64,000 nt of DNA. Origin: Pseudomonadota bacterium. Lineage in GTDB: Bacteria > Pseudomonadota > Alphaproteobacteria > Rhodobacterales > Rhodobacteraceae. Position numbers and translations under genes: made by a program. Below the pieces are notes generated by a model. The model was not told the origin of the DNA. It ran no database searches and worked only from the letters and a program-made list of their open reading frames with translations. The stretch spans positions 68,855-132,854 of the forward strand of contig JBCBET010000008.1 in assembly GCA_038528385.1 (NCBI GenBank), written 5' to 3'. Positions 1 through 9,004 of this stretch are shown piece after piece. Position 1 is the first letter of the stretch; each line of letters begins with the position of its first letter.

Positions 1-2
1 TG

Positions 3-944
3 GCCAAGGCCGATGACGCGGCCGTCACCGAGGCGCTCGAGAGCCTCGCGGAGAACGCGCAGAACTTCGAGGACCGCAAGAAGGGCGCGAAGGCCAAGGA
101 CGGCGACCAGGTCACCATGGATTTCGTGGGCCGCGTCGATGGCGAGGCGTTCGAGGGCGGCGCGGCGGAGGATTACCCCCTCGTGCTCGGCTCGAACTCC
201 TTCATCCCGGGCTTCGAGGAGCAGCTTGTGGGCGTGAAGGCGGGCGAGGAAAAGGACGTCACCGTGTCCTTCCCAGACGACTACCAGGCCGCGCATCTCG
301 CCGGGAAGGAGGCCGTGTTCTCCTGCACGATCAAGGCCGTGAAGGAGCCGAAGAAGGCGGAGATCAACGACGACCTCGCCAAGCAGTTCGGCGCCGACGA
401 CCTCGCGGCCCTCAAGGGGCAGGTCTCCGAGCGGCTCGAGGCGGAGTATTCCGGGGCCGCCCGCGCGGTGCAGAAACGCGCGCTCCTCGACGAGCTCGAC
501 CGCGTGGTGGAGATGGAGCTGCCGCCCTCCCTCGTGGACGCCGAGGCGGGCCAGATCGCCCACCAGCTCTGGCACGAGGAAAACCCGGAGGTCGAAGGCC
601 ACGACCACCCCGACATCGAGACGACCGAGGAGCACAAGACGCTAGCCCAGCGCCGCGTGAAGCTGGGGCTCCTGCTCGCCGAGCTTGGCCGCAAGGCCGA
701 GGTCGAAGTGACGGATGCCGAGATGACGCAGGCCATCATGAACGCCGCCCGGCAATATCCCGGGCAGGAGCGCCAGTTCTTCGAATTCGTGCAGAAGAAC
801 CAGCAGATGCAGCAGCAGCTGCGCGCGCCGCTCTTCGAGGACAAGGTCGTCGATTACATCTTCGAGCTGGCCCAGGTGAGCGAGAAAGAGGTGTCGAAAG
901 ACGACCTGCAGAAGGCTGTCGAGGCGCTCGAAGAGGAGGATTGA
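3..944 (+). CDS. tig: Trigger factor, C-terminal ~2/3 (5' end lies outside the window)
   Basis: The frame is open from the window edge. It carries an FKBP-type PPIase segment ([21 protein letters not shown]...[16 protein letters not shown]) followed by an acidic helical C-terminal domain. Confidence 0.9.
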   Translation, partial: AKADDAAVTEALESLAENAQNFEDRKKGAKAKDGDQVTMDFVGRVDGEAFEGGAAEDYPLVLGSNSFIPGFEEQLVGVKAGEEKDVTVSFPDDYQAAHLAGKEAVFSCTIKAVKEPKKAEINDDLAKQFGADDLAALKGQVSERLEAEYSGAARAVQKRALLDELDRVVEMELPPSLVDAEAGQIAHQLWHEENPEVEGHDHPDIETTEEHKTLAQRRVKLGLLLAELGRKAEVEVTDAEMTQAIMNAARQYPGQERQFFEFVQKNQQMQQQLRAPLFEDKVVDYIFELAQVSEKEVSKDDLQKAVEALEEED

Positions 945-1031
945 TCCTCCGGCTGGCCGGGCGGGCGGACGCTCCCGCGGCCGGCTGCGCCAGCGCGGAT
1001 CGCCCCGCCCACCGTCCCTTTAGGGCGCATC

Positions 1032-1536
1032 ATGGAGAGGGCTGGCCTCGGGGCCGGCCCTGTTGAGCCCGGAGGAGCGCGGATAATCGTCGAGGAGATG
1101 CGCGCGGGGCGCGCTCTGCCGCGCGGTGCTCGCGGCGCTGCCGGACTGGTTCGGCGATCCCGGCGCGGTGGATCGCTACGCAGCCTTCGCCGAGAGCGAG
1201 GAGGCCACCGTGCTCGCGGCCCGCGGGGACGACGAAACCCTGGGCATGGTCACGCTCCGGGTTCACGCCGCCACGCAATGCCAGGTCCATTCCCTCGGCG
1301 TCTTCGCGAGATCACAGGCGCGGCGCGGGCCGGGCCCTCGTCGAGGCCGCCGCTGCTCGGGGGCAGGCGCGAGCTCCGCCTATCTCGGGGTCAAGGCCCT
1401 CGCCGAGACCGCCCCCGATCCGAACCACGCAGGGACGCGCGCCTCCGACAGCGCCATGGGCTTTCGGCCCTACGAGCGGCTCGACACGCCCTGGGGCCCG
1501 TGCAGCCCCTGTCTCCTCACGCTGAGACCGCTCTAG
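1032..1536 (+). pseudogene. GNAT-family N-acetyltransferase, disrupted by at least 3 frame changes
   Basis: Recognisable pieces lie in three different frames. These are IIVEEMRAG (frame of 1032), AVLAALPDWFGDPGAVDRY...VHSLGV (frame of 1126), the acetyl-CoA motif DHRRRGAGRALVEAAAA (third frame, ~1309-1365), then back to YLGVKALAET...AMGFRPYERL. Confidence 0.6.
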
Positions 1537-1577
1537 GCGACTTGGGGGCGCCGCCGGATCGCGGCAGGCCCGCGGCG

Positions 1578-2070
1578 TTGCGGTACGCGGCGTTTCTCAG
1601 GGGTGAACGTGGCCGGGCAGGCTCTCCATGGCCGATATCCGCCGCCTCTGCGCGCGGCTCGGCTACGGCGACGTGCGCACCCATATCCAGCCGCGCAACG
1701 TCGTCTTCGACGCCTTGGGCGATGTGAAAACGGAGCTCGAGGCCGCGCTCGCGGCGCATATGGGCCGGCCCGTGGGCGTGGTGCTCCGCAGCGCTACGGA
1801 GCTTTACGCGCTCATCGCCTCCGCCCCGTTCGCGGCGGCGCCACCGAACAGCGTGGGCGCTGCTCTGCCACGGGGGAGGTGCCGGGTCACCGCGTCACCG
1901 GCCTTTGGGATGAGGAGATCGTGGCGCTGGGCCACACGCTCTTCATTCACTTCCCCTCGGGCATGGGCCGCTCCGCGCTCCGCCTGCCGGGGGCGGACGG
2001 GGGCACGATGCGCAATCTCACCACCTTGCGCGGGGTCGCCGATCTCTGCGCCGCCGCCCCTAGTCGGTGA
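1578..2070 (+). pseudogene. DUF1697-family protein, disrupted by several frame changes
   Basis: The family-typical N-terminus RYAAFLRG / VNVAG / MADIRRLCARLGYGDVRTHIQPRNVVF is split over three frames within ~60 nt. The C-terminal part (EEIVALGHTLFIHFPSGMGRSALRL...TMRNLTTLRGVADL) is in the 1603 frame, while the middle is in the 1628 frame. Confidence 0.6.
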
Positions 2071-2611
2071 CGAGGCCCGTCTCCCGCAGCATCCCGCGCC
2101 GCTTGGCCTCGTGCCAATAGCCCCGCGCGTACCATTGGATGGCGGTGCCCTGGTCTCCATCGGAAAGAAGCCACGCCCCCCGCAGGTACTTCAGGGCGAA
2201 TTCGAGGTTCGTATCGGCGTCTAGGAGCTCGCTCGGCTCCCCCCGGAAGCCCATGGAGCGCGCCGTGGCGGGCAGGATCTGGAGGAGGCCCCAATAGGGC
2301 CCGTTCCGCGCCCAGGGCCTGTGCGTGCTTTCGCGGACCGCCAGCCGGTGCACGAGGCTCCGCGGGAGCCCGTATTGGTCAGCCCAGAAATTGATCTTGC
2401 CGCGGAGCTCTGGCGTCTCGTTCGGGTGGAGCGGGAGCGCGGGGGCCACCACGGGTGATAGTGTGGCGAGCGATGGTGACGCGGGCGATGGCGTGGCAGC
2501 CGGTTCGTTGGCCGGGTCGGTTGCCGGGGCGCTGCAGGCCGTCGCCAGCACGGCGGCGATCGCCAAAACTATGAATCTTGTCACGGCGGGAAGGCTCGCA
2601 TTGGATATCAT
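2060..2611 (-). CDS. Lytic transglycosylase (SLT domain) lipoprotein
   Basis: Internal ATG at 2611 gives MISNASLPAVTRFIVLAIAAVLATAC-S (signal peptide plus lipobox). The SLT-like core is AVRESTHRPWARNGPYWGLLQILPATA. Confidence 0.8.
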   Translation of the reverse strand: MISNASLPAVTRFIVLAIAAVLATACSAPATDPANEPAATPSPASPSLATLSPVVAPALPLHPNETPELRGKINFWADQYGLPRSLVHRLAVRESTHRPWARNGPYWGLLQILPATARSMGFRGEPSELLDADTNLEFALKYLRGAWLLSDGDQGTAIQWYARGYWHEAKRRGMLRETGLVTD

Positions 2612-2708
2612 CACATCTTGTCGGCCCCACTTTCCCCACCGCGCGCGTCCGCGCAACGGAGGCCCCTCCCATCGGCGAATAAGCGCCTCTCCCGCAGCAG
2701 GGCAGGGT

Positions 2709-2744
2709 CCCCCCTTCTTTGTGCCCCGAACTTCCGCCGGAGGC
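2709..2744. repeat. Dispersed ~36-bp intergenic repeat, copy A (CCCCCC-TTCTTTGTGCCCCGaACTTCCGCCGGAGGC)
   Basis: Near-identical to 48227..48264. Both copies lie downstream of highly expressed minus-strand genes (rplI, eno). Confidence 0.8.
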
Positions 2745-2858
2745 ATCCGATCCCGCCACCGGCGCGGACGCCCGACGCGAGGCACAAACGACAACGCCGC
2801 CCGGTTTCCCGTGCGGCGCCCTGTCCTGCCCTTGGGTGCGCGAGGCGCACCGCCTGGG

Positions 2859-3509
2859 TCAGCTCTCGTCGTCGGACCCGTCGTTGTCCCCGTCGGCCGC
2901 GTCCCCAGCGCGGCCCTCGTCCACCTGCGTGGCGAGTTCCGCGTCGTCGGAGGTCGCGGCCCCGATATCTTCGAAGAGCTCGGCGATTTCGAATTCGGCC
3001 TCCGCCTCTTCCTCGGCGGCGAGGTCCTGGATGGACTTGCCGGCGGCCTGAAGCTCCGCTTCTTCTTGGGAGCGGGCGACGTTGAGCGTGATCGTGGCGT
3101 CCACCTCGGGGTGCAGCTGCACGGTCAGATCATGGAGGCCGAGCTCCTTGATGGGGCCGGTGAGCGCGATCTGCTTCTTGTCGACGGTAAAGCCCGCCTC
3201 GGTGGCCGCATCGGCGGCGTCCCTGGGCGTGACCGACCCGTAGAGCGAGCCCGCGTCGGAGGCCGAACGGATGACCACGAAGGTTTCGCCGTCGAGCTTG
3301 GCGGCGAGGCTTTCGGCCTCTTTCTTCGTCTCGAGGTTACGGGCCTCGAGCTGCGCCTTCTCGGCCTCGAAGCGGGCCATGTTGATCTCGTTGGCGCGCA
3401 GCGCCTTGCCCTGGGGGATCAGGAAGTTGCGGGCATAGCCCTCCTTGACGGAGACGACCTCGCCCATCTGGCCGAGCTTGGCCACGCGTTCCAGAAGAAT
3501 GATGTCCAT
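2859..3509 (-). CDS. rplI: 50S ribosomal protein L9 with acidic C-terminal extension
   Basis: [39 protein letters not shown]. Final gene of the rpsF-rpsR-rplI array. Confidence 0.95.
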   Translation of the reverse strand: MDIILLERVAKLGQMGEVVSVKEGYARNFLIPQGKALRANEINMARFEAEKAQLEARNLETKKEAESLAAKLDGETFVVIRSASDAGSLYGSVTPRDAADAATEAGFTVDKKQIALTGPIKELGLHDLTVQLHPEVDATITLNVARSQEEAELQAAGKSIQDLAAEEEAEAEFEIAELFEDIGAATSDDAELATQVDEGRAGDAADGDNDGSDDES

Positions 3510-3521
3510 ATCTCGTCTCCC

Positions 3522-3749
3522 TTACTTCACGGCGTAGGGCAGGAGCGCGAGGAAGCGGGCGCGCTTGATGGCGCGCGCGAGCTCACGCTGCTTCTTGGCC
3601 GACACGGCGGTGATCCGGCTCGGCACGATCTTGCCGCGCTCGGAAATGTAGCGCTGCAGGAGGCGGGTGTCCTTGTAGTCGATCTGGGGCGCGTTGTCGC
3701 CGGAGAACGGGCACACCTTGCGGCGGCGGAAGAACGGTTTGGCTGCCAT
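3522..3749 (-). CDS. rpsR: 30S ribosomal protein S18
   Basis: 75 aa, ...[50 protein letters not shown]. Confidence 0.95.
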   Translation of the reverse strand: MAAKPFFRRRKVCPFSGDNAPQIDYKDTRLLQRYISERGKIVPSRITAVSAKKQRELARAIKRARFLALLPYAVK

Positions 3750-3764
3750 GGGTCTCGTCTCCTA

Positions 3765-4139
3765 TCAGTCGCGGTCGCCACGGTCCCGGCGGGGCCGGTC
3801 ACCACGGTCGCGCTCGTCGCGCTTTTGCATCTGGATGGACGGGCCCTCTGCGTGGCCGTCGACCTTGATCGTGAGCACACGCATGACGTCGTCATGGAGC
3901 CGCATCAGGCGCTCCATTTCCTGCACGGCGGGCGCGGGCGCGTCCGTCTTCAGGAAGGCGTAATGGCCTTTGCGATTCTTGTTGATCTTGTAGGCCATCG
4001 TCTTGACGCCCCAGTACTCGTTTTCCACGAGCGTGCCGCCATTGTCGGACAACACGGAGCCAAAATGTTCGATGAGTGATTCGGCCTGCGCAGAGGACAG
4101 ATCCTGGCGCGCGATGAATACATGCTCGTAAAGCGGCAT
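3765..4139 (-). CDS. rpsF: 30S ribosomal protein S6
   Basis: MPLYEHVFIARQDLSSAQAESLIEHF...YWGVKTMAYKINKNRKGHY, with an RD-rich tail. Confidence 0.95.
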   Translation of the reverse strand: MPLYEHVFIARQDLSSAQAESLIEHFGSVLSDNGGTLVENEYWGVKTMAYKINKNRKGHYAFLKTDAPAPAVQEMERLMRLHDDVMRVLTIKVDGHAEGPSIQMQKRDERDRGDRPRRDRGDRD

Positions 4140-4339
4140 GATATCTCCAGTTTTTCAAAGCGACTTCAAAGCGTTGCCATGAGCTCCGCGGGCAACGCAC
4201 GAGAGGATCGCCCGGTGGGGTGGTCTCGCGGATGGGGCGTCATGACATGGCCCCGGCGCGGGCGCAAGCGGGGCACGGCTTTGCCCCGAAGGCGCCATCA
4301 TGGGCCGTATATCTTCGGATCATCGAAAGACCGAAGGGG

Positions 4340-4831
4340 ATGGAAATGACGTATACTGCCATGGACGACACCGCTGCCACGATACATGCCGATGACCTCG
4401 CCGCATGGGGCACCACCGTGAGCGGGCGCTCCGCCGACGGGATGGGGGCGCTCACGCGGCTCATCCAGATGCTGTTCGGCGCCGGCGCCGCCGTTGCGGC
4501 CCTTTCGCTCTGGATCGTGCCGGGCTCGGATCTCGGGCCCGACATGGTGGCGCTCAAGGGCGCGCTCACCTGCGGGCTCGTCATCGTGGCGTTCGTGCTC
4601 TGGCGCGACGGCCGCGCGGACGGCAACGCCGTCGAGGTGGATTTCGAAAACCGCGAGGTACGGCTCATGGCCGAGGACGGCGAGACCCCCACGGTCCGCG
4701 CGAGCTATTCGTTCTCCGAACTCGGCGCGTTCAAGGTCGTCGATGGCGCGCTCTACATCCATGACCGCGACGCGCGCCTTCTCACGGTGCTGCCGCTCGA
4801 GCCCGACGTGGCCGCCTCGCTCCGCGGCTGA
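4340..4831 (+). CDS. Hypothetical membrane protein (two predicted TM helices)
   Basis: ORF with GGGGA upstream of ATG 4340/4346. Hydrophobic segments are LIQMLFGAGAAVAALSLWIV and ALTCGLVIVAFVLW. I recognise no family motif. Confidence 0.5.
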   Translation: MEMTYTAMDDTAATIHADDLAAWGTTVSGRSADGMGALTRLIQMLFGAGAAVAALSLWIVPGSDLGPDMVALKGALTCGLVIVAFVLWRDGRADGNAVEVDFENREVRLMAEDGETPTVRASYSFSELGAFKVVDGALYIHDRDARLLTVLPLEPDVAASLRG

Positions 4832-4983
4832 GGGCCCGGTCACGCTGCGGCCCGACCCGCGGCGGGACCGGCGGATGTCCGCGCAAGTGCGCAGGCGAAC
4901 ACATCCTGTTGAACCGCGCAAAATTGTCGCTCCCGGACAGGGCAACATGTTTAGGTTTGTTGTTCATTCCTGGAGCCCGACCC

Positions 4984-5559
4984 ATGAAATCCACCGCCCT
5001 CGCCACCGCCTTTGCCGCGCTCACCGCTGGCGCCGCCTTCGCTGACGGCCACTTGCAGGCCTACACCCTCGATCCGGCCCATTCCGCCATCCAGATGAGC
5101 TGGGGCCACGGCCAGTTCTCCTCCACCTACGGGATGTTCTTCGAAGTGAACGGGGAGATGATGATCGACTTCGACAACCCCGAGAACACGACCGTCTCCA
5201 TCTCCGTGCCGCTGGAGGACCTCGTGGTCGATCCCACGCTCAAGGGGCATCTGGCCTCCGACAACTTCTTCGGCGGCTATGACGGCAAGATGGTGCAGTT
5301 CACCTCCACCTCCGTGACCGTCACGGGCGAGGACCGGGCCGAGGTCACGGGCGATCTCACGATCGCGGGCACCACCTCCGAGGTCACCATCGACACCGTC
5401 TTCAACGCGCGCGGCGCGGGCCCCACGGGGGGGGAGATCGCGGGCTTCACCGGCACCGCCACGATCCTGCGGTCTGATTTCGGCATCGACTGGTTCGCGC
5501 CCTTTGTGTCCGACGAGGTCGCGGTGGAAGTGTCCATCGAAGCATCGCCAGCCTCGTAA
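4984..5559 (+). CDS. YceI-family periplasmic polyisoprenoid-binding protein
   Basis: Signal peptide MKSTALATAFAALTAGAAFA. YceI-like YTLDPAHSAIQMSWGH...GDLTIAGTTSEVTID. Confidence 0.8.
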   Translation: MKSTALATAFAALTAGAAFADGHLQAYTLDPAHSAIQMSWGHGQFSSTYGMFFEVNGEMMIDFDNPENTTVSISVPLEDLVVDPTLKGHLASDNFFGGYDGKMVQFTSTSVTVTGEDRAEVTGDLTIAGTTSEVTIDTVFNARGAGPTGGEIAGFTGTATILRSDFGIDWFAPFVSDEVAVEVSIEASPAS

Positions 5560-5621
5560 CCCACTCACGGAACGAGCATGGCGCGGGGCGTTTCCGGAAG
5601 GAAGCGCCCCACCTGTAGACG

Positions 5622-5650
5622 AAAAGGCGCTCCCTGGGAGCGCCTTTTTT
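5622..5650. terminator. Bidirectional intrinsic terminator between convergent genes
   Basis: AAAA-GGCGCTCC-ctg-GGAGCGCC-TTTTTT: an 8-bp GC stem flanked by an A-run and a T-run. Confidence 0.8.
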
Positions 5651-5679
5651 GCTGTCTACCCGGTCCCTTGCGACCCGGT

Positions 5680-6915
5680 TCAGGAGGTCCCGTCGTCCTC
5701 CGCCGGGGCTGTGGTGGCCGTGAGCCCGATGCGCACATCGACCCCCGGACCGAGGCTCGCCTCGTCCGTGCCCGTGCCGATGGCGAAGGTCATCCGGTCG
5801 AGCGTGACGGAGCCCGTGGCCTCCGCCCTCTCGCCCTCGAGCGCGAGCTCGAAGGGCAGCGTGAGCGGCGCCTCGGTGTCCTTGATGCGGACCGTGCCCT
5901 GCAGCTCATAGCCCTCACCCACCTCCACGATGTCGCCCGCGACCGTGGCGGTTGGGAACGCCTCGAGGTTGAAGAAGTCCGCCCCCATGGCCTGGCTCGT
6001 GACCGAGCCCAGCGTGAGCGACCCGATGGCGATCGTCACCTCCGCGTCGCCCTTCACGGCGCCGTCCGCCGCGGGGTCGAAGGCGATGGCCGCCGTCCAA
6101 TCCGCGAAACTGCCCGTGACGGGCGTGCCGAGCTGGGTCACCTCGATCTCGATCTGCCCCTCGAGGACGCGCCAGTCGGAGGCCACCTCCTCGAGCGCGG
6201 GCACATCCACGGCGCCCTTCACCGGCACGAGCGCCGCCGCCGTCCCCACGGCCGCAAAGATCGCCGCCGCCGTCACCGCGGGCAGCGCGGCATGCGGCGT
6301 GGGGGAGACGCGGGGCAGCTTCGGCTTACCGAACCACATGCGCCGCAGCGTGGCGTCCTTGTCGATGAAATGGTGCTTCAGCGCCCCCGCGATATGGAGC
6401 ACGAGCGCGATCACGAGGAGCCGCTGGAAAAGGAGGTGCACGCCCGCCAGCGTATTGGCGAGCTCGGGGTCCTCGGGAACAAAGAAGAGGTTCTGCCCGA
6501 AGGGCCAGGGGATCGGTGCGAAGCCCTCCGTGGCCGCATGGGTCATCCATCCCGTGAGCGGCACCAGCACGAGGGAGGCGTAGAGCGTCCAATGGACGAG
6601 CTGCGCCATGAAGCTCTGCACCTTCTTCTCTGCCCCGATCATGCCGGGCTTCGGCTGCGAGAACGCCCAGGCGATGCGGAAGAGAGCCACGAAGAAGATC
6701 GTGAGCCCGATGGCCTTGTGCACGGCGTAAAGCCGGATCTTCCAGTCGAGCTGCACGGGGTCCGAGATCGAGAGGTCATAGGCGATGGTGCCCGTGGCGA
6801 TCACCCCCACGATGAGGAGCGCGGTGAGCCAATGGACGGTCTTCGTCACGAGGCCGTAGGCCGTGGCGGAGTTGGTGAGGCCGGGGGCGGAGGGGTCGGT
6901 GCTGGCGGTGCTCAT
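5680..6915 (-). CDS. Cytochrome b561 (CybB/YceJ-like) fused to a C-terminal YceI-like domain
   Basis: The N-terminal half is a 4-TM module with conserved His (VHWLTALLIV..., HKAIG, LVHWTLY, HIAGALKHHFIDKD). The C-terminal half is YceI-like (WRVLEGQIEIEV...GDAEVTIAIGSLT...GTVRIKD). The start is placed at the internal ATG 6915. Confidence 0.75.
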   Translation of the reverse strand: MSTASTDPSAPGLTNSATAYGLVTKTVHWLTALLIVGVIATGTIAYDLSISDPVQLDWKIRLYAVHKAIGLTIFFVALFRIAWAFSQPKPGMIGAEKKVQSFMAQLVHWTLYASLVLVPLTGWMTHAATEGFAPIPWPFGQNLFFVPEDPELANTLAGVHLLFQRLLVIALVLHIAGALKHHFIDKDATLRRMWFGKPKLPRVSPTPHAALPAVTAAAIFAAVGTAAALVPVKGAVDVPALEEVASDWRVLEGQIEIEVTQLGTPVTGSFADWTAAIAFDPAADGAVKGDAEVTIAIGSLTLGSVTSQAMGADFFNLEAFPTATVAGDIVEVGEGYELQGTVRIKDTEAPLTLPFELALEGERAEATGSVTLDRMTFAIGTGTDEASLGPGVDVRIGLTATTAPAEDDGTS

Positions 6916-7086
6916 GGCGCGGGAACTCCCGTTGCGGTTGCCAAGGGACTTAGCGCGCGGCAGGGCGCGCGTCATCCTCGCTCACGGCACAGTGCATGTG
7001 CTCTGCCCGTGCTCGTCGCGCGCCCGGCCCTTTTCCTCCCGGCGGGCGCGCGGTATGGGCCGCGGAAATCACAACGGGAGCACGAG

Positions 7087-8016
7087 ATGCGGGCATGGGT
7101 ATTTCCGGGGCAGGGCGCGCAGGCCATCGGCATGGGACGGGCGCTGGCGGAGGCGTATCCCGCCGCGGCGGCGGTTTTCGAGGAGGTCGACGCGGCGCTG
7201 GGTGAAAAGCTCTCCACGCTGATCTGGGAGGGGGAGGCCGAGGCGCTGACGCTGACGGCCAACGCGCAGCCCGCGCTCATGGCGACCTCGCTCGCGGCCG
7301 TGCGGGCGCTGGAGGCGGAAGGGTTCTCTGTGGGCGATGCGTCCTTCGTGGCCGGTCACTCGCTGGGCGAATACTCCGCACTCGCCGCCGCCGGCGCGCT
7401 CTCGGTCGCCGACACCGCGCGGCTCCTGCGCATCCGCGGACAGGCGATGCAGGAGGCGGTGCCGGTGGGCGTGGGCGCCATGGCCGCGCTCCTCGGTCTC
7501 GATTTCGAGACGGCGGCGGCGGTGGCCGCGGAAGCAGCGGAGGGTGAGGTCTGCCAGGCCGCCAACGACAACGATCCGGGCCAGGTCGTCGTCTCCGGCC
7601 ACAAGGCGGCCGTGGCGCGCGCCGTGGAGATCGCCAAGGGCCGCGGCGCGAAGCGCGCCGTGATGCTGCCTGTGAGCGCGCCGTTCCATTGCGCCCTCAT
7701 GCGGCCCGCCGCGGACGTGATGGCCGAGGCGCTCGCCAAGGTGGAGCTGAACGCGCCAAGCGTGCCGCTCGTGGCCAATGTGCGCGCCGAGGCGGTGAGC
7801 GACCCGGCCACGATCCGCGACCTCCTCGTCGAGCAGGTCACGGGCTCCGTGCGCTGGCGCGAGAGCGTCGCGTGGATGGCCGCAAACGGCGTCACCGAGA
7901 TCTGGGAGGTTGGCGCGGGTAAGGCGCTCTCCGGCATGGTCCGCCGCATCGAGCGGTCCATCGACACCAAAGCCATCGGCACGCCGGACGACGTCGCCGT
8001 GCTGCAAGGAGCCTGA
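7087..8016 (+). CDS. fabD: Malonyl-CoA:ACP transacylase
   Basis: MRAWVFPGQGAQAIGMG..., active-site GHSLGEYSALAAAG. The start is internal to a long high-GC ORF. Confidence 0.93.
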   Translation: MRAWVFPGQGAQAIGMGRALAEAYPAAAAVFEEVDAALGEKLSTLIWEGEAEALTLTANAQPALMATSLAAVRALEAEGFSVGDASFVAGHSLGEYSALAAAGALSVADTARLLRIRGQAMQEAVPVGVGAMAALLGLDFETAAAVAAEAAEGEVCQAANDNDPGQVVVSGHKAAVARAVEIAKGRGAKRAVMLPVSAPFHCALMRPAADVMAEALAKVELNAPSVPLVANVRAEAVSDPATIRDLLVEQVTGSVRWRESVAWMAANGVTEIWEVGAGKALSGMVRRIERSIDTKAIGTPDDVAVLQGA

Positions 8017-8017
8017 C

Positions 8018-8755
8018 ATGTTTGATCTATCCGGAAAAGCAGCCCTCGTAACCGGTGCATCGGGCGGTATTGGCGGCGCGATCGCCAGGGCGCTCCATGG
8101 CGCGGGCGCCACGGTGGGGCTCTCGGGCACGCGGGTCGACCCGCTCACCGCCCTGGCCGAGGAGCTCGGAGACCGGGCCCATGTGCTGCCCTGCAACCTC
8201 TCGGATGCGGAGGCGGTCGCCGCGCTCCCCAAGCAGGCAATCGAGGCCATGGGCAGCCTCGACATACTCGTGAACAACGCCGGCGTGACGAAGGACAACC
8301 TCTTCATGCGGATGTCGGAGGAGGAGTGGGCCACCGTCCTCGACATCAACCTTACCTCCACCATGCGCCTCTGCAAGGGCGTGGTGCGCCCGATGATGAA
8401 ATCCCGCTGGGGGCGCATCATCAACGTCACCTCCATCGTGGGCACCACCGGCAATCCCGGGCAGGTGAACTACGCCGCCTCCAAGGCCGGGATGGTGGGG
8501 ATGTCGAAGAGCCTCGCCTACGAGGTCGCCTCCCGCGGGATCACCGTGAACTGCGTGGCGCCCGGCATGGTGGAGACCGCCATGACCGACAAGCTGAGCG
8601 ACGATCAGAAGGGCGCGATCCTGGGCCAGATCCCCATGGGCCGCATGGGCGCGGGCGAGGAGATCGCCGCCGCCGTGCTCTATCTCGCCTCGCCCGAGGC
8701 GGGCTATGTCACCGGCACGGTGCTCCACGTCAATGGCGGCATGGCGATGCTGTGA
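8018..8755 (+). CDS. fabG: 3-oxoacyl-ACP reductase
   Basis: TGASGGIGGAIA Rossmann motif, NNAG, YAASKAG catalytic motif. Sits in the fabD-fabG-acpP-fabF order. Confidence 0.93.
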   Translation: MFDLSGKAALVTGASGGIGGAIARALHGAGATVGLSGTRVDPLTALAEELGDRAHVLPCNLSDAEAVAALPKQAIEAMGSLDILVNNAGVTKDNLFMRMSEEEWATVLDINLTSTMRLCKGVVRPMMKSRWGRIINVTSIVGTTGNPGQVNYAASKAGMVGMSKSLAYEVASRGITVNCVAPGMVETAMTDKLSDDQKGAILGQIPMGRMGAGEEIAAAVLYLASPEAGYVTGTVLHVNGGMAML

Positions 8756-8785
8756 GCCCCGAAAACATTGGCGAAATCGGGAAAA

Positions 8786-8801
8786 GTTGACAGCTGTCAA
8801 C
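8786..8801. promoter_or_regulatory. Perfect 16-bp palindrome GTTGACAGCTGTCAAC in the fabG-acpP spacer
   Basis: Read directly from the sequence. It contains a TTGACA hexamer on both strands. It could be an operator, or a 6-bp stem/4-nt loop hairpin. Confidence 0.4.
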
Positions 8802-8804
8802 TCG

Positions 8805-8819
8805 TTAAAGTTGTGTTAC
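8805..8819 (+). promoter_or_regulatory. CtrA-box-like motif TTAA-N7-TTAC
   Basis: TTAAagttgtgTTAC differs by one position from the TTAA-N7-TTAA(C) consensus. TTAA is rare in this GC-rich window. Confidence 0.25.
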
Positions 8820-8862
8820 CGGCGGGCCTGTGACCGCTAACATCCGCCCCCGGACAAAGGAT

Positions 8863-8890
8863 TTGCCACCGCCGGGGCTTGTGCTATAGG
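8863..8890 (+). promoter_or_regulatory. Sigma70-like promoter candidate for acpP (TTGCCA-N16-TATAGG)
   Basis: Hexamers and spacing read from the sequence. It would give a ~110-nt structured leader. Confidence 0.3.
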
Positions 8891-9004
8891 CGGCGCAACT
8901 TCCGCCGGGGGAAGCAGCGCGGCAGCGCGCGCACCCGGATGCGCCGCCGGTGCAGAAATCATAAGACCGCCCCGCGGGGCCCAGAACCGAATGAGGATCA
9001 GACG

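Noticed and set aside
2835-2851. GC hairpin GGTGCGC-gag-GCGCACC just after the rplI stop, and a similar one at 32535-32552 after the pgk stop, as intrinsic terminators
   Set aside because: Neither is followed by a U-tract on the transcribed (minus) strand. They may be stabilising stems but cannot be called terminators from sequence alone.
5578-7086. The first ~500 codons of the 812-aa ORF 5578..8016
   Set aside because: Only the part from ATG 7087 is FabD. The upstream portion is Arg/Gly/Glu-rich low complexity and antisense to the well-supported cytochrome b561-YceI gene. It is a typical high-GC open-frame artefact.
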